Source: Raja brachyura (lineage: Eukaryota). From it: 64,000 bases of DNA. This document shows, in pieces, positions 24,995 through 38,031 of the stretch. Within the stretch, counting starts at the first letter, position 1. Every line of letters begins with the position of its first letter. Made by a program: the position numbers and the translations under genes. Under the pieces are notes generated by a model. That model was not told the origin of the DNA and did no database searches. It was given only the letters and a program-made list of their open reading frames with translations. The stretch lies in contig OY740782.1 of the NCBI GenBank assembly GCA_963514005.1, positions 123,070,001 through 123,134,000 on the forward strand, read 5' to 3'.

Positions 24995-26500
24995 ATATAA
25001 GAAATAATGTGGACGAGCTTGAGGTTCAGTTAGAAATTGGCAAGTATGATGTTGTGGGAATTACAGAGACATGGCTGCAAGAGGGTCAGGCAGGGAACTG
25101 AATATTGAAGGGTATACCTCCTATCGAAAAGACAGATAGGTGGGCAGAGGGGGTGGTGTAGCTCTGTTGGTGAGGAATGAAATTCAGTCCCTTGCAAGGG
25201 GTGCATTGAAACAGGAGATGTGGAGTCAGTATGGATAGAACTAAGGAATTGGAATGGTAAAAAGACCCTAATGGGACAGCTACAGGCCCCCAAACAGTAG
25301 CCTGGAAATAGGGTGCAAGTTGAATCAAGAGTTAAAATTGGCACGTCGTAAAGGTAATAGTACGGTTGTTATGGGAGATTTCAACATGCAAGTAGACTGA
25401 GAAAATCAGGTTGGTACTGGACCGCAAGAAATGCAGTTTGTGGAGAGCCTCCGTGATGGATTCTTCGAGCAGCTTGTATTAGAGCCTACCAAGGAGAAGG
25501 CAATTCTGGATTTAGCGTTGTGTAATGAACCAGATTTGATAAGGGAACTTGAGGTTAAGGAGCCATTAAGAGGAAGTGACCATAATATGATAAGTTTTAT
25601 TCTACAATAAAACTGGGTGGCAGTGTGAACTGTGAGGAGGATGCTATGAGAATGCAGGGTGACTTGGACAAGTTGGGGGAGTGGGCAGATGCATGGCAGA
25701 TGAAGTTTAATGCGGATAAATGTGAGGTTATCCACTTTGGTGGCAAAAACAGGAAGGCAGATTACTATCGAAATGGTGTCAAGTTGGGAAAAGGGGAAGT
25801 ACAATGGGATCTGGGGGGTCCTTGTACATCATTCTATGAAAGTAAGCATGCAGGTACACAGGCAGTGAAGAAAGCGAATGGCATGTTGGCCTTTATAACG
25901 AGGAATCGAATATAAGAGCAAAGGGGTCCTTCTGCAGTTGTACAGAGCCCTAGTGAGACCACACCTGGAGTATTGTGTGCAGTTTTGGGTGCCTAATTTG
26001 AGGAAGGACATCCTTGCTATTGAGAGAGTGCAGCATAGGTTCACAAGGTTAATTCCTGGGATGGCGGGACTGTCATATGGTGAGAGAATGGAGCGACTGG
26101 GCTTGTACACTCAGGAATTTAGAAGAATGAGAGGGGATCGTATTGAAACATGTAAGATTATTCAGGGTTTGGACACGCTAGAGGCAGGAAACACGTTTCC
26201 GATGTTGGGGGAGTCCAGAATCAGGGACCACAGTTTAGGAATAAAGGGCAAGCCATTTAGAACAGAGATGAGGAAACACCTTTTTACACAGTGAGTCTGT
26301 GGAATTCTCATAGGTCATTCCCTGGATAGTTTCAAGAGAGCTAGATACGACTCTTAAAGATAGCGGAGTCAGGGATTATGGGGAGAAGGCAGGAATGGGG
26401 TACCGATTGGGGATGATCAGCCATGATCACATTGAATGGCGGTGCTGGCTCAAAGGTAGTATGGCCTACTCCTACACCTATTGTTTATTGTCTATTGTCA
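24995..26500 (+). mobile_element. CR1 LINE with large internal deletion (APE joined to RT end at ~25609)
   Basis: APE region similar to 2520-3480, then an abrupt jump to aaactgggtggcagtgtg (KLGGSV); ctattgt tail. Confidence 0.85.
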
Positions 26501-26546
26501 AACACAAGATCAGCTGAAAAGTTTAATTTCTGTTGCATTTCTCATG

Positions 26547-27180
26547 ATACACCAGTCATTAAAAGTAGGCATGCAGGTGCAGCAGGCAGTGAAGAAAGCG
26601 AATGGTATGTTAGCATTCATAGCAAAAGGATTTGAGTATAGGAGCAGGGAGGTTCTACTGCAGTTGAACAGGGTCTTGGTGAGACCACACCTGGAGTATT
26701 GCGTACAGTTTTGGTCTCCAAATCTGAGGAAAGACATTCTTACCATAGAGGGAGTACAGAGAAGGTTCACCAGACTGATTCCTGGGATGTCAGGACTTTC
26801 ATATGAAGAAAGACTGGATAGACTCGGCATGTACTCGCTAGAATTTAGAAGATTGAGGGGGATCTTATAGAAACGTACAAAATTCTTAAAGGGTTGGACA
26901 GGCTAGATGCAGGAAGATTGTTCCCGATGTTGGCGAAGTCCAGAACAAGGGGTCACAGTTTAAGGATAAGGGGGAAGTCTTTTCGGACCGAGATGAGAAA
27001 AACAGTTTTCATACAGAGAGTGGTGAATCTCTGGAATTCTCTGCCACAGAAGGTAGTTGAGGCCAGTTCATTGGCTTTATTTAAGAGGGAGTTAGATGTG
27101 GCTAAGGCGATCAGGGGGTATGGAGGGAAGGCAGGTACGGCATACTGAGTTGGATGATCAGCCATGATCATATTGAATGG
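26547..27180 (+). mobile_element. CR1 3' fragment
   Basis: ORFs 26481..26870 and 26894..27148: RPHLEYCVQFWSP, LWNSLP. Confidence 0.9.
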
Positions 27181-27619
27181 TAAGGGATTCTCATGTGTAG
27201 GAAAGAACTGCAGGTTTCAATCGAAGGTAGATACAAAATGCTGGAGTCACTCAGCGGGACAGGCAGCATCTCTGAAGAGAAGGAATGGGTGACTTTTGGA
27301 TCGAGACCCTTCTTCAGTCTATAAGGGATTATCATTGTATAAATAGTAGAAACAAATTACTACAGTTACATAGAAACATAGAAAATAGGTGCAGGAGGAA
27401 GCCATTCGGCCCTTCGAGCCAGTACCGCCATTCATTGTGATCATGGCTGATCGTCCCCTATCAATAACCCATGCCTGCCTTCTCCCCATATCCCTTGATT
27501 CCACTAGCCCCTAGAGCTCTATCTAACTCTGGAGAACATGAATAAGTGACATCTCGGGTCCAGACCCTTTTCCAGTTGGGGGAGAGGCGCGGATGGGCAC
27601 AGTCATTGGTCAAGAGTAC

Positions 27620-28250
27620 AGGTAAGGCTGCGGTGGCGGTGGAGGTGGAGTGGGTGATGGTGGCGGCGAATGCGATGGTAGTGATGGTGGCAGTGGCGAT
27701 TGCGGCAGAGACCACAGCGGTGGTAGTGTTGGCGGCAGTGGTGGTGGTGATGACCATGCCGGTGGTGATGGCGGTGGCATTGGCAGTAGTGGTGGCAGCT
27801 GCAGCTGTGGTGGTGGTGGCAGCTGCGGTGGTGGGTGATGATGGCTGTAGCTGTGGAGACTGCACCAGTGGTGGCAGTGATGTTGACAGTGACAACGGCG
27901 ATGGTGGTGGTGACAGTTGCGCGGCAGTGGTGACTGCAGTGGTGGAGATGGTGATGGTTGCGGTGGCCTTGGAGGTGAACATGGTGGTGGTGGAGGCAGT
28001 GGTAGTGATGGTGGTGGTGGTGGTGATGCCAGCGGTGTGGTGGCAATATCAGTAGCCGCGGTGGCTGCAGTGGTGGCAGCAGTGGCGACGACTGCGGCAA
28101 TAGCATTGGCACTGGTGGCGGCAGTGGTAGGCGCAGCCTGAGAGTGGTCAGGGGTGCAGTGGTTGTGGGAGTGGCTGGAGTCGGTGTGGCCAGAGGGGTA
28201 TGGTGGCAGGAGTGAGTGGATAGGTGACACAGGCGGAATGGTGTCGGCAG
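27620..28250. repeat. Degenerate (GGT/GGC)n triplet low-complexity repeat
   Basis: Runs of ggtggtggc/ggcagt giving poly-Val/Gly/Thr/His/Pro ORFs in all frames. Confidence 0.9.
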
Positions 28251-28839
28251 CCCAGCCTAAGCAGTGAAGGTCGGTAGGTTGGTCCGCTATAACCAAAATC
28301 CATTAAACGAGGTCTGTAAAGATGAGGGTTTACTTTGTACCATTAAAAATACCCCCCGCCCCCCCCCCCCCCTCCCCATACACAGCATTCTCTCACACAA
28401 CATTGGACAAAATGCATCATGAGCATATGGAAAATATAATGTATAGATCGCCATATAAACCAACAAAGGGCAAAACAACAAAATACCGAAACAGATAAAA
28501 GAAATAAAGTGTATAGATTGTCAATGCCAAGTCAGGATAAACTGGGAAGCAACCTACAAGGTTTAAGCACTAAGTTATTTGTTCACACAGATAATAATGA
28601 TCATGACAAAGTAAAGTAATTGAGGAAAATCAGTCAAATCAGCAACAAAACATACAACAAAATCATATAAAGCTACATCACATAAATTATACAAAGACAA
28701 ATTCAAATAAACAAAATCTATATCATTAAAATGCTGAAATAAATCCATCTGACATAATTCTATATAGGTTTGCACGAAAAATATTTGCAAAATTAAAAAA
28801 AAGTGGATTTAGCAATAGTGATGATCCATTTAGAATCAT

Positions 28840-28990
28840 CTTTAGAGTGTGGTCGGAAACCAGAGCACCCGGAGAAAACCCGATGTAGTTACAGGAAGAT
28901 TGTTCAAACTCCGTACAGATAGCACCCATAGTCAAGATCTCTGGCACTGTAAGGCAGCAACTCCATCGCTGCGCCATTGTACCACCCCTT
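28840..28990 (-). mobile_element. HE1-type SINE fragment
   Basis: Reverse complement resembles the 8862 SINE head (cagcgatggagttgctgccttacagtgccagag). Confidence 0.7.
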
Positions 28991-29331
28991 GTTGCCATCG
29001 TGAGAAATGACCAAGCAGAAGTAAAATGCTTTCATGGTGAGAAGGGAAGACAGAGAAGGAGGCAGTAAATCACTTTAAAATGTTGTGGCAAGCAAATCAA
29101 GACCACTATTGATTAAGGAACAATGAACCTGAAAGTAATTCTTTGTATGGACATGAAGAAGGATTTTTTTTTAAATCACAAAGGGAATCAGTGAAAACCA
29201 AAATATGAAATATTTTGTTGCGATCTATGGATCACATTGTGACATCAAACGATACGAAGAACATGTCAATGCTCTGTCAAAACATATTTTCACATGATCA
29301 TAGATGCTAACAATTTATTTGTAATACGTAC

Positions 29332-29530
29332 TGTGAAATTTTTTGTAAAGAAGTATTTAGAAGCTGCATATCCAACTGTTGGAGAAGAAGAAATAATTTC
29401 ATTTGAACTTCAGCCAAAGGCTCTTCACTGCCTTTCTTCACTTTTTCTAGTAAACGCAACATAGAGCTGTCCTCTCCTTCCACTGTCGCAAAACTAGGGC
29501 CTAGAATCTTTGCTATTGGATCTCTGTTTG
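29332..29530 (-). CDS. ODAD2: ODAD2/ARMC4 coding exon 3 (199 bp)
   Basis: cag|CA AAC AGA...TCA CA|gtacgt; ANRDPIAKILG...LLQQLDMQLLNTSLQKIS matches ARMC4 ANRDPIVKILG...LLKQLDLHLLNHSLKHIS. Confidence 0.95.
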
Positions 29531-30727
29531 CTGAAGTGAAACATTGCATGATTAGGAATATAAAACATTGGATTTATTAATGCTATTATCACAACTGTAA
29601 AAATAAAAATATATTTATTACTATTCCAGTACATGTTGCAGTTTGCAATGAGAAAAAATGATTATATTTATTTTGATACATTGACATCGTTATTCCTTTT
29701 TATACTGATTTCTGGGATTACCACAATAGAAATCAGTTCCTAATCACACAAACAATTGCTGCAATAATGTAATATTTAATGTAGTAATATAAAATTGCAA
29801 GTTTCATAACTGGGCCTATTGGCATCTTAGTTATTTAGTAGCTACGTACGAGTCAAATACACACTGTGCAGAATGGGGCAGGATAAGGGGTGGGTAAGGC
29901 GACAAACATAGTAGACAGCTTATCATTTAAATTATTTTGTGTGCTGAATCTCAAGAGGTTATAGAATATTACAATTAGACAAAGTTTAATATTAAGAATT
30001 ATCCAGCAATGCCTGCAATTTAGTAATGTATTATTGAAAAAGGAGCAAGCTCAGCTATGGGGCCCTCTACTGTTGAACAGATTGCCTGTGCTCGCTGTAG
30101 ACAAATCTGCAAGGATCATTGACTTCTGAAGAAATAACATGAGATAACAAGGGCATAGACCAACAGTCATTCATTTTTTAATTAGTGCTAGATATTCTAG
30201 CTTCTAATTCTAGCCAGCTGGTTTCTAAAGTTAAGTTTAACTTATTATTGCTTATAACTATCTTTGAGGTTCTATTTATTAGAGGAAATGGAACACCTGT
30301 AAGAATTGCATTTCACAACAGACTTCAGTGAAATTGTTATTTTCTGAGTAGCAGATAGGGGGCCAGAGCAAGTGGAACAGTAATAATGAAAAGTTGCCAA
30401 GGTGCTTTAACTTAGCAAAATATCAAAGGTATTTTTCACAAACATTAATCAAAATTTGATGCTGAGCCAAGCAAAACAATGACCAAAGTTTATCCAATGA
30501 AGAAAGTTTAAAAAATGCTCGTAAAACAGAAGAGATGGAGAGGCAGGAAGGCTGAGATGTTCACGGAAAGAATCCCTGAGGTTAAAACCTTGGCAGCTGA
30601 AGACATGGCAACAGTTAAAATTGGGGAAGCACAAGAGACAAATGCACCAGCAGTGCATTTTGGAGGGCAGTAATGCAGGTGCAAATATGCAGAGAGCATT
30701 GAAGCAGAGGAATTGGAGAACACGAAG

Positions 30728-31340
30728 ATACACCAGTCATTGAAAGTAGACATGCAGGTGCAGCAGGCAGTGAAGAAAGCAAATGGTATGTTAGCATTCA
30801 TAGCAAAAGGATTTGAGTGTAGGAGCAGGGAGGTTCTACTGAGGTTGTTGTGCCATAGAGGGGGTTCAGAGAAGGTTCACCAGACTGATTCCTGGGATGT
30901 CGGGACTTTCATATGAAGAAAGACTGGATAGTCTCGGCTTGTACTCACTGGAATTTAGAAGATTGAGAGGGGATCTTATAGAAACGTACAAAATTCTTAC
31001 GGGGTTGGACAAGTTAGATGCAGGAAGATTGTTCCCGATGTTGGGGGAGTCCAGAACAAGGGGTCAAAGTCTAAGGATAAGGGGGAATTCCTTCAGGACC
31101 GAGATGAGGAAAACATTCTTTACACAGAGAGTGGTGAGTTTCTGGAATTCTCTGCCACAGAAGGTCGTTGAGGCCAGTTCATTGGCTATATTCAAGAGGG
31201 AGTTGGATGTGGCTCTTGTGGCTAAAGGGATCAGGGGGTATGGAGAGAAGGCAAGTACACGATACTGAGTTGGATGATCAGCCATGATCACATTGAATGG
31301 CGGTGCAGGCTCGAAGAGCCAAATGGCCTACTCCTGCACC
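30728..31340 (+). mobile_element. CR1 3' fragment with small internal deletion
   Basis: ORFs 30713..30916 and 30897..31268; ttctatgtttct tail. Confidence 0.9.
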
Positions 31341-32839
31341 TATTTTTCTATGTTTCTAAGAGAACACAGGACACCTGGACTTGAGCTATAGAGAGAGGTT
31401 GGGCAGGCTAGGACTTCATTCCTTGGAGCACAGAAGGCTGAGGAGTGATCTTATAGAGGTGGATATAATCACGGGGGGATTAATTAGATAGGGTGAGTGT
31501 TTTATATATTTACGCTGGATAGTATAAAGGTTACCAACTAGGACACTAGCCAGGAAAATCCAAAAAGCAAAGATATGGGTGGGCTGATACTGATTCACAT
31601 GATGTTATGAAATGAAAACAGTGAGTGCAGGAGTGCAGGATTAATGACTGAGGGGAATCTGTCAAGAATAAGGAGAGCCCAGGTTTATGCTAGTGGAAAA
31701 TGGCAGAGGGAAGTAGAGGACAGGAGACAATTAAGCCTTAAAAGTAGCAAAGTGATGGATTCAGCATCAAATGATCTGAGGCAGACCACAGGGGGCAGTT
31801 GAGATATTGTATGGGGGATGGCAAAATATGTGTGAATTGCAAACTTTGTTCAAAGTTAACGAGAATGCCAAGACTGTAAACGTGAATGTTTATTCTCAAG
31901 ACAGAGGTCAAGGAGAATGGTAGAGTCAAAGGTTATACAATGGTCTTTTTTACACACAGTCACTAGAACTGAGTTAACGTGATATCACTGAAGGACACCA
32001 TATAGATGAGAAATATGAAAACAGTCTGAAAAGGGAAGGTATTAAAGTATGATATCTTCAAACATGATTGAAGCTTGCAGTTGGAACAACAAGAATGAAA
32101 AGGCATGGCTTAATATGATCACACTTGCAAACAATGTTATTTGTACTTTGACTGAGATTATTTAAATACTAAACAGAGGGATTCAATATTGAAGCTGTAA
32201 CAAATTTGGCTTAAAGGATTTGGGAACCAACAACAAAATACAAACATTTTGGATCAGAAAAAGAGTTTGGAAATGGAGCAGTAATGCATAAAGAGGGAGA
32301 AACCAGAGAAAGAGTCAAGAGTGTTTTATTATCTTGTTCAATGTACCAGTGCAAGGACAAGAAGGTACTTTAAGGAAGGAATGACTTGATAGGTTAAGGA
32401 AGGGAAGTGATGGGGTCTGATGAATAGATGGTCTCAATCCTAATAATAAATAATTCCCTGCATTTGCTGTTGGGGGTGAAATTGGAAGGGACGAGAGTAA
32501 AGGCTGAGGGAAGAAGAAAAGCTTGTAGTTAAATTTGTGTCCTACAAATATCTTTGAATCGTGACCATTTTTGTTCAAAGCAGCAAATGTGTATATAACT
32601 TGATGTGGTCAAGCAGAGTTATGATGGTAAAGAATACCTAAAACTACTGTCCATCTTAGAATATTCAAATATTGCAATTGTTGATTCTTAAAGGAAACAA
32701 GGTTGTTAACCAAGAGAAGGAAGTCAGTATAATCCTTACCCTGTGCTTATACTAATAATTTTCAAACCTATGTTGTCTGGACCTTTCAGTTGAATGCTCC
32801 TATTTCTTCCTTTCACCTTCCAATAAAACTTCAACTAGA

Positions 32840-33385
32840 AAAATTACATTTAGAGTATTGTGTTCAGTTCTGGGCACCGTGTTATAGGAAAGATGTTGTC
32901 AAGCTGGAAAGGGTACAGAGAAGAATTAAGAGAATGGTGCCAGGACTAGAGGGTCTGAGCTATAGGCAGAGGTTGAATAGGCTAGGACTATTACTTGGAA
33001 TGCAGGTGGATGAAGGGTGATTTTATAGAGGTGTATAAGATCATGAGAGGAATAGATCAGGTAGATGCACAGTCTCTAGCCCAGAGTAGGTGAATCGAGG
33101 ACCAGAGGACATAGGTTTCAGGTGAAGGGGCAAAGATTTAATAGGTAACTTTGAGAGGTAACTTTTTCACACAAAGAGTGGTGGATGTATGGAACAGAGG
33201 AGGTAGTTGAGGCAAGGAATGTCCCAACATTTAAGAAGCAGTTAGGCAGTACGTGGATAGGACAGGTTTGAAGGGATATGTGTCTAATACTGGCAGGTGG
33301 GACAAGTGTAGCTGGGACATGTTGGCCAGTGTGAACAAGTTTGGCAGAAGGGCCTGTTTCCACACTGTATCACTCTATGACTCTA
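32840..33385 (+). mobile_element. CR1 3' fragment (different subfamily)
   Basis: HLEYCVQFWAPCYRKD; tail cactctatgactcta. Confidence 0.85.
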
Positions 33386-34064
33386 CTACTGAATGAATAT
33401 TGCTGGTTACAGTCACTTCCAGAGGATTATTAGGCCACTCTGAGAAACTTCCACCATTTGTCAGGTTTAAGTACCATTAATTTCTCCAGTACAATTTCTT
33501 TATCACTATCAATGTTTTCATTTTTTCATTCCTACTACATTTACTGTAGATTTGTTTTAATACCCTCTGCCATGGAGTGAGATACAAAGTGTATGTTTCA
33601 CGTTTACGATACAGGCATTCCCTGGGTTATGCAAGGCCTATCGGTCGCTGCAGTTGAAATTGTAAAAGATCCAGCACATCAGCCAACAAAACATTTCCTT
33701 TTAACCATACAATTTAAATAGTTGGATGTTTGCCTGTACAGACATTTTCAGCATAAATAATTCAATGTTATTTTAAACTTTGAAGACTCTATCACAAACA
33801 TCCATGATCAAATATAATTGACAGGTTTATTTTCAAAAGTTAAGAGAGTCAAGAGTGTTTGTTTGTCATATGCATCGCATTATAACCAAAACAATTACAT
33901 TTGTATTTGCTGCAACTTCACTGGCCCGTGAAACGCACAACAATAAATATACAATAAATTATCAGTTATTCTAAGTTAGATGATAGCACAAAGATCAAAG
34001 TACATAGAGCAACCATAGTAGTACAAAGCTGTAGTGCTTCAGTGCTGAGATAGAGGTATGGTAA

Positions 34065-34399
34065 ACGGCCTGTCCCACTGTAAGAGGTAATTCAAGAGTT
34101 CTCCCAAGTTCTCCCCTGATTCGAGCTCGTGTAATGTACGTAGCGGGTACGTAGGAGCTCGTACGTGTAAAACGTAATAATTTTTTCATCACAAGTATTT
34201 TTTTACTCGTGGACATTTTTCACAGTGTTGAAAAAACGTCATGAGTTTACCGGATTTCCCGAGTACCGACCGTTACTCGTACGAGCCACCACGTGACATC
34301 CACAAGCTCCTACGTACCCGCTATGTACATTACACAAGCTTGAATCAGGGGAGAACTCGGGAGAACTCTTGAATTACCTCGTACAGTGGGACAGGCCCT
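34065..34399. mobile_element. PIF/Harbinger-like MITE with ~110-bp terminal inverted repeats
   Basis: ggcctgtcccactg...gtaggagctcgt mirrored by acaagctcctacgtac...cagtgggacaggcc; flanked by TAA/TTA. Confidence 0.85.
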
Positions 34400-35269
34400 T
34401 TAGGATTGTGCAGGATAATTCAAGAACCTTATAGTTAATGGAAATAAATTGTTCCCAGAAAACCGTGAGGTCATGGTTCTAAAGCTCCTGTACCTCTTCC
34501 CAATGGTAGCCGTGAGATGAGCATGAGGCAAGGATGGTAAGGGTCTGTGATATTAGCTGTCTACTTGAGGAAGCCCTTTCCATAGATCCCTTCAATGGTG
34601 AGGGATTTAATCCCTTCAATGTTAACCACTTTCTGCAACCCCCTTCATTCCTGAGCATTCAAATTTCTTAAGTAGGTCATGCAACCAATCTCTCCACCTA
34701 TGCTTGTGGAAGTTCAATTGAGTAACATGCTGAATCTCCCCAAACTTCTGAGAATGTAGGGTTGTTGAACTTTCTTCATGATTGTATCAATATGCTACAC
34801 CCAGGACAGATTATCAGAGAAGTGTTGACCCAGGAAATTGAAGCCATTGGCTCTCTCTACCCATCTGCTAATGATGACAGGTGCTTCGTCCTTTGTCTTT
34901 CCCCAGTCAATAATCATCTCCTTGGCTTTGCTAATGATGAGAGTAAAATTATTGTTCTGGCATCAATCAAACAGGATATCAATCTCCATCCTGTACTTTA
35001 ACCCATTTTCGCACAATGATATTGTTTGTTTGTATTTATTTAGAGTTCTAATGGAAAATTGGCGTGAATTTGTTCTTGGTAAGATTCTTTTCAAAGATTT
35101 TTTTATCCCTAAAGTTATGTTACTGAACAAAATTGATCTTACTGAATGTTGAACAGTTAGAGAATAAATACTCTGTTCCCTATCTTACACCAGCAATGGA
35201 CCAGTTCTGCAGTAATTTCATTCATCCCAATCTTCCTCCTTATTTCCGTTATCCTCCAATGCATCAAAA

Positions 35270-35800
35270 GCATTTTCTCAGGATGCAATACAGCTTGGTT
35301 TGGGAATAGCTCCATCCAGGATCCTAAGAAATTGCAGTGATTGTGGATGCAGCCCAGGCTATCACGCAAACCAACCTCCCTTCTATTGATTCAATTTATA
35401 CCTCACGCTGCCTCAGCAAGCCCAGCAGCATAATCAAGGATGAGTTGCACTCTGGCCACTCCCTTTTCCACCCTCCCCATCAGGCAAAAGGTATACAAGT
35501 GTGAAATCGCACACCACCAGATTCAGGGACGGTTTCTTCCCAGCCGTTATCAGGCAACTGAATCATCCTGCCACAACCAGAGAGCAGTGCTGAACTACTA
35601 TCTACCTCTTTGATGTCCTTCAGACTATCCTTGACTGGACTTTGCTGGTTTTACCTTGCACTAAACGTTATTCCCTTAAGTACCTATACACTGTAAATAG
35701 ATTGATTGTAATCAAGTATTGTCTTTCTGCTGACTGGGTAGAACGCAAGAAAAAGCTTTTCACTGTACCTCGGTACACTTGACAATAAACTAAACTGAAC
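35270..35800 (+). mobile_element. Rex/Babar LINE 3' fragment
   Basis: Degenerate C-terminal coding part and 3' UTR ending gacaataaactaaactgaactg. Confidence 0.7.
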
Positions 35801-35899
35801 TGGTCGGTGCGGACACGGTGGGCCAAAGAGCCTGTTTCCGCGCTGTAGCTCAAAACTAAACTAAAAAACTACTTTCACAACAAAAATGTGCTAATTTTG

Positions 35900-36712
35900 A
35901 AGTTGGTTGGGGCGCTGCGAGCCGGCAGCCCTGCCAGCAGCGTGTTAGTTCTTTCTACTTTTTTTGTTTTCTTTGGGTGTTTCAATGTGTGTTTTTAATG
36001 TTTCTCGGTGTGTCTTGTGTGGGGGGTGGTGTGGGGGGGTAAGGGGGAAACCGCTTTGGTCGCTCCCTCCACGGAGAGGTGGCTTTTTCCATGTCGCCTC
36101 CCCCGTTGCCTAACATCGAGGATTGGCGCGGCCTTTCCCGGATAAGCGCCCGAGGCTTCAGCAGCGGGCGCAGCGAGGACTCTTTCGTCACGGAGTGGGT
36201 GAGCCCTCACCGGGGGTCGCCAGAGTGGAGCGCATCCGTTCGCTGGCCCGCGGCAGCCTGAAGCCGCGGTCTGTGGAGCTCCAGCTGGTGCTGCGTCCGG
36301 AGCCTGGGATCCCTCGTTGGGGACCCCGAAAAGGAGCTCCGACCGCTGGCCCTGCGGTCTGCGGTGCTTCAAGCTGCGGCGCGGCGGGGACTTTAGATCT
36401 TTGACCGGCGGCCTACGCCATCTTGAAGCCGCGGTCTCCGGTGGGGAAGCACCGATTCAGGACTTACCTGGACTTACCTTGTCTGCACATCTGGACGCCC
36501 GCAGCAGCGACTGCGAAGGGTTGTGGTCCCGACCACGGGGGAAAATGGAGGACTGACCAAATTTTGTGCCTTCCACCACAATGATGAATGCTGTGGTGGA
36601 TGTTTGTGTTACATTTTTTATTGTGTATTGTGTGTTCTGTTTTTATTGTACTGCTGCTGGCAAATTCATTTCACTGCACTGTATGTGCAAGTGACGAATA
36701 AAACTTGACTTA
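35900..36712 (+). mobile_element. CpG-rich non-autonomous retroelement with Rex/Babar-like tail
   Basis: GC-rich body without a TE ORF; hairpin tccaccaca...tgtggtgga; ends gtgacgaataaaacttgactt. Confidence 0.7.
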
Positions 36713-37382
36713 ATAAATGAGATAAAAGGGCAATAAGAGCAAAGATACAAAACCTATTTACGGTTATAAAACAGAAATGATGAAGGGCTGTTTTTCAAAT
36801 AAATGGGAAAATGACAGCTATTTTGAAATATACTAAAGGCATTCACAATTTCAAATTTGTACCGACACAAAACTTGAAAGTATTGTAAACAGTGACAAAG
36901 GTATCATACGATCTTATACAAACCAGAGAGAAATAGTAGAAGTATAAAAGACAAATTTCATTACTGATACGTGGTGGTAGGAAGAATTAGGAAATATGGT
37001 GTGTCTGTGAAGTCTTTGAAGTTGGCAGGACAGTCAACAGAAGGGACAAGAGGAAAATCTTTGATTAGGATATGAAATTTGCTGCCTTACTGGGTAGTGG
37101 ATGCTGCCGTTCAAAATGCAAATAGTAAATGAAGGAGAAAATTGTGCAATTATTTGGGAAAAGATTATGAGTATAGAATCAATTGGATTGTTCTTTGGAT
37201 GAATTCAATTGCCCCCATCTGTGCTGTGCTGTGCAATTGTATAATTTCATTTAATGGTCCTAAAGTATTGACAGGAAAGAGAGTTCCAAAAATAAATTCC
37301 AAAAGGATTGTATGGACATAAATATATAAGCCACACCAATCAAAATCATTTTTACATAAAGGTATAATTAAATAAAACTGAC

Positions 37383-37543
37383 CTTCCAAACAAACTTGAG
37401 TTTCTTTCAGTTTTTCCTTTTGAGCTATTTCCAGAAACTTAGCCAGCTGATTAAAGGAGTATATTTTAATATCACCGGAAGAAGTCTGAAAATTTAGTAA
37501 AGGGATCCCATCCACGTTTTCTTTTGATACTAAAGCTCCTTTA
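37383..37543 (-). CDS. ODAD2: ODAD2/ARMC4 coding exon 2 (161 bp)
   Basis: cag|T AAA GGA...GAA G|gtcagt; KGALVSKENVDGIPLLNF...IKIYSFNQLAKFLEIAQKEKLKETQVCLE resembles ARMC4 [29 protein letters not shown]. Confidence 0.93.
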
Positions 37544-37674
37544 CTGAAAATAAGAAAATTGATATTACGATAGATTTTAAAATATCCATTCTAGAAGTTT
37601 GATCAGGAACAAAAGCAATAATAAGCAGTTAAGTTGTTGTCACAGAAATTGCGTGATCAATTAAAATAACCTAA

Positions 37675-37896
37675 TGTAGCGACACCAAGTGGGTCGAGCA
37701 AAATGGTTTTTATTGTCAAAACAACACATGAACTACACGAGCACTAAGTCGAGAGATAAAGTTTTTAGCTCTTGTCGTCATGAAGAGCACCAGCTACTGA
37801 ACACATTGAAAAGCCCGTGAAACGAACCGTCACGTGACAGACCCGACCTATGACGAGGGTTCTGCATATGCAGATTAACCACCAGGTGCCGCTACA
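37675..37896 (-). mobile_element. Short solo LTR (Gypsy-like, 222 bp)
   Basis: Termini TGTAGCGACACC...GGTGCCGCTACA (11/12 inverted match); AATAAA on minus at 37709-37714; imperfect TSD ctaa/caaa. Confidence 0.75.
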
Positions 37897-38031
37897 CAAA
37901 AACGTCCAAAAGTACAGCACAAAAACAGTTCCATCGGATCACACAGTCTGTGCTGAACATGATTCCAAGACCAACTCTTATCTGCCTGCACAAAATCCTT
38001 ATCCCTCCATTCCTTGCACATACGTATCTAA

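Noticed and set aside
27461-28296. Long poly-Thr/Val/His/Pro ORFs in several frames
   Set aside because: Artefact of a stop-poor GGT/GGC triplet repeat; no splice context or domain.
35900-36560. CpG-rich stretch as a second gene promoter or GC-rich exon
   Set aside because: It shares its architecture with 18283-19070 and ends in a LINE-type tail; better explained as a retroelement.
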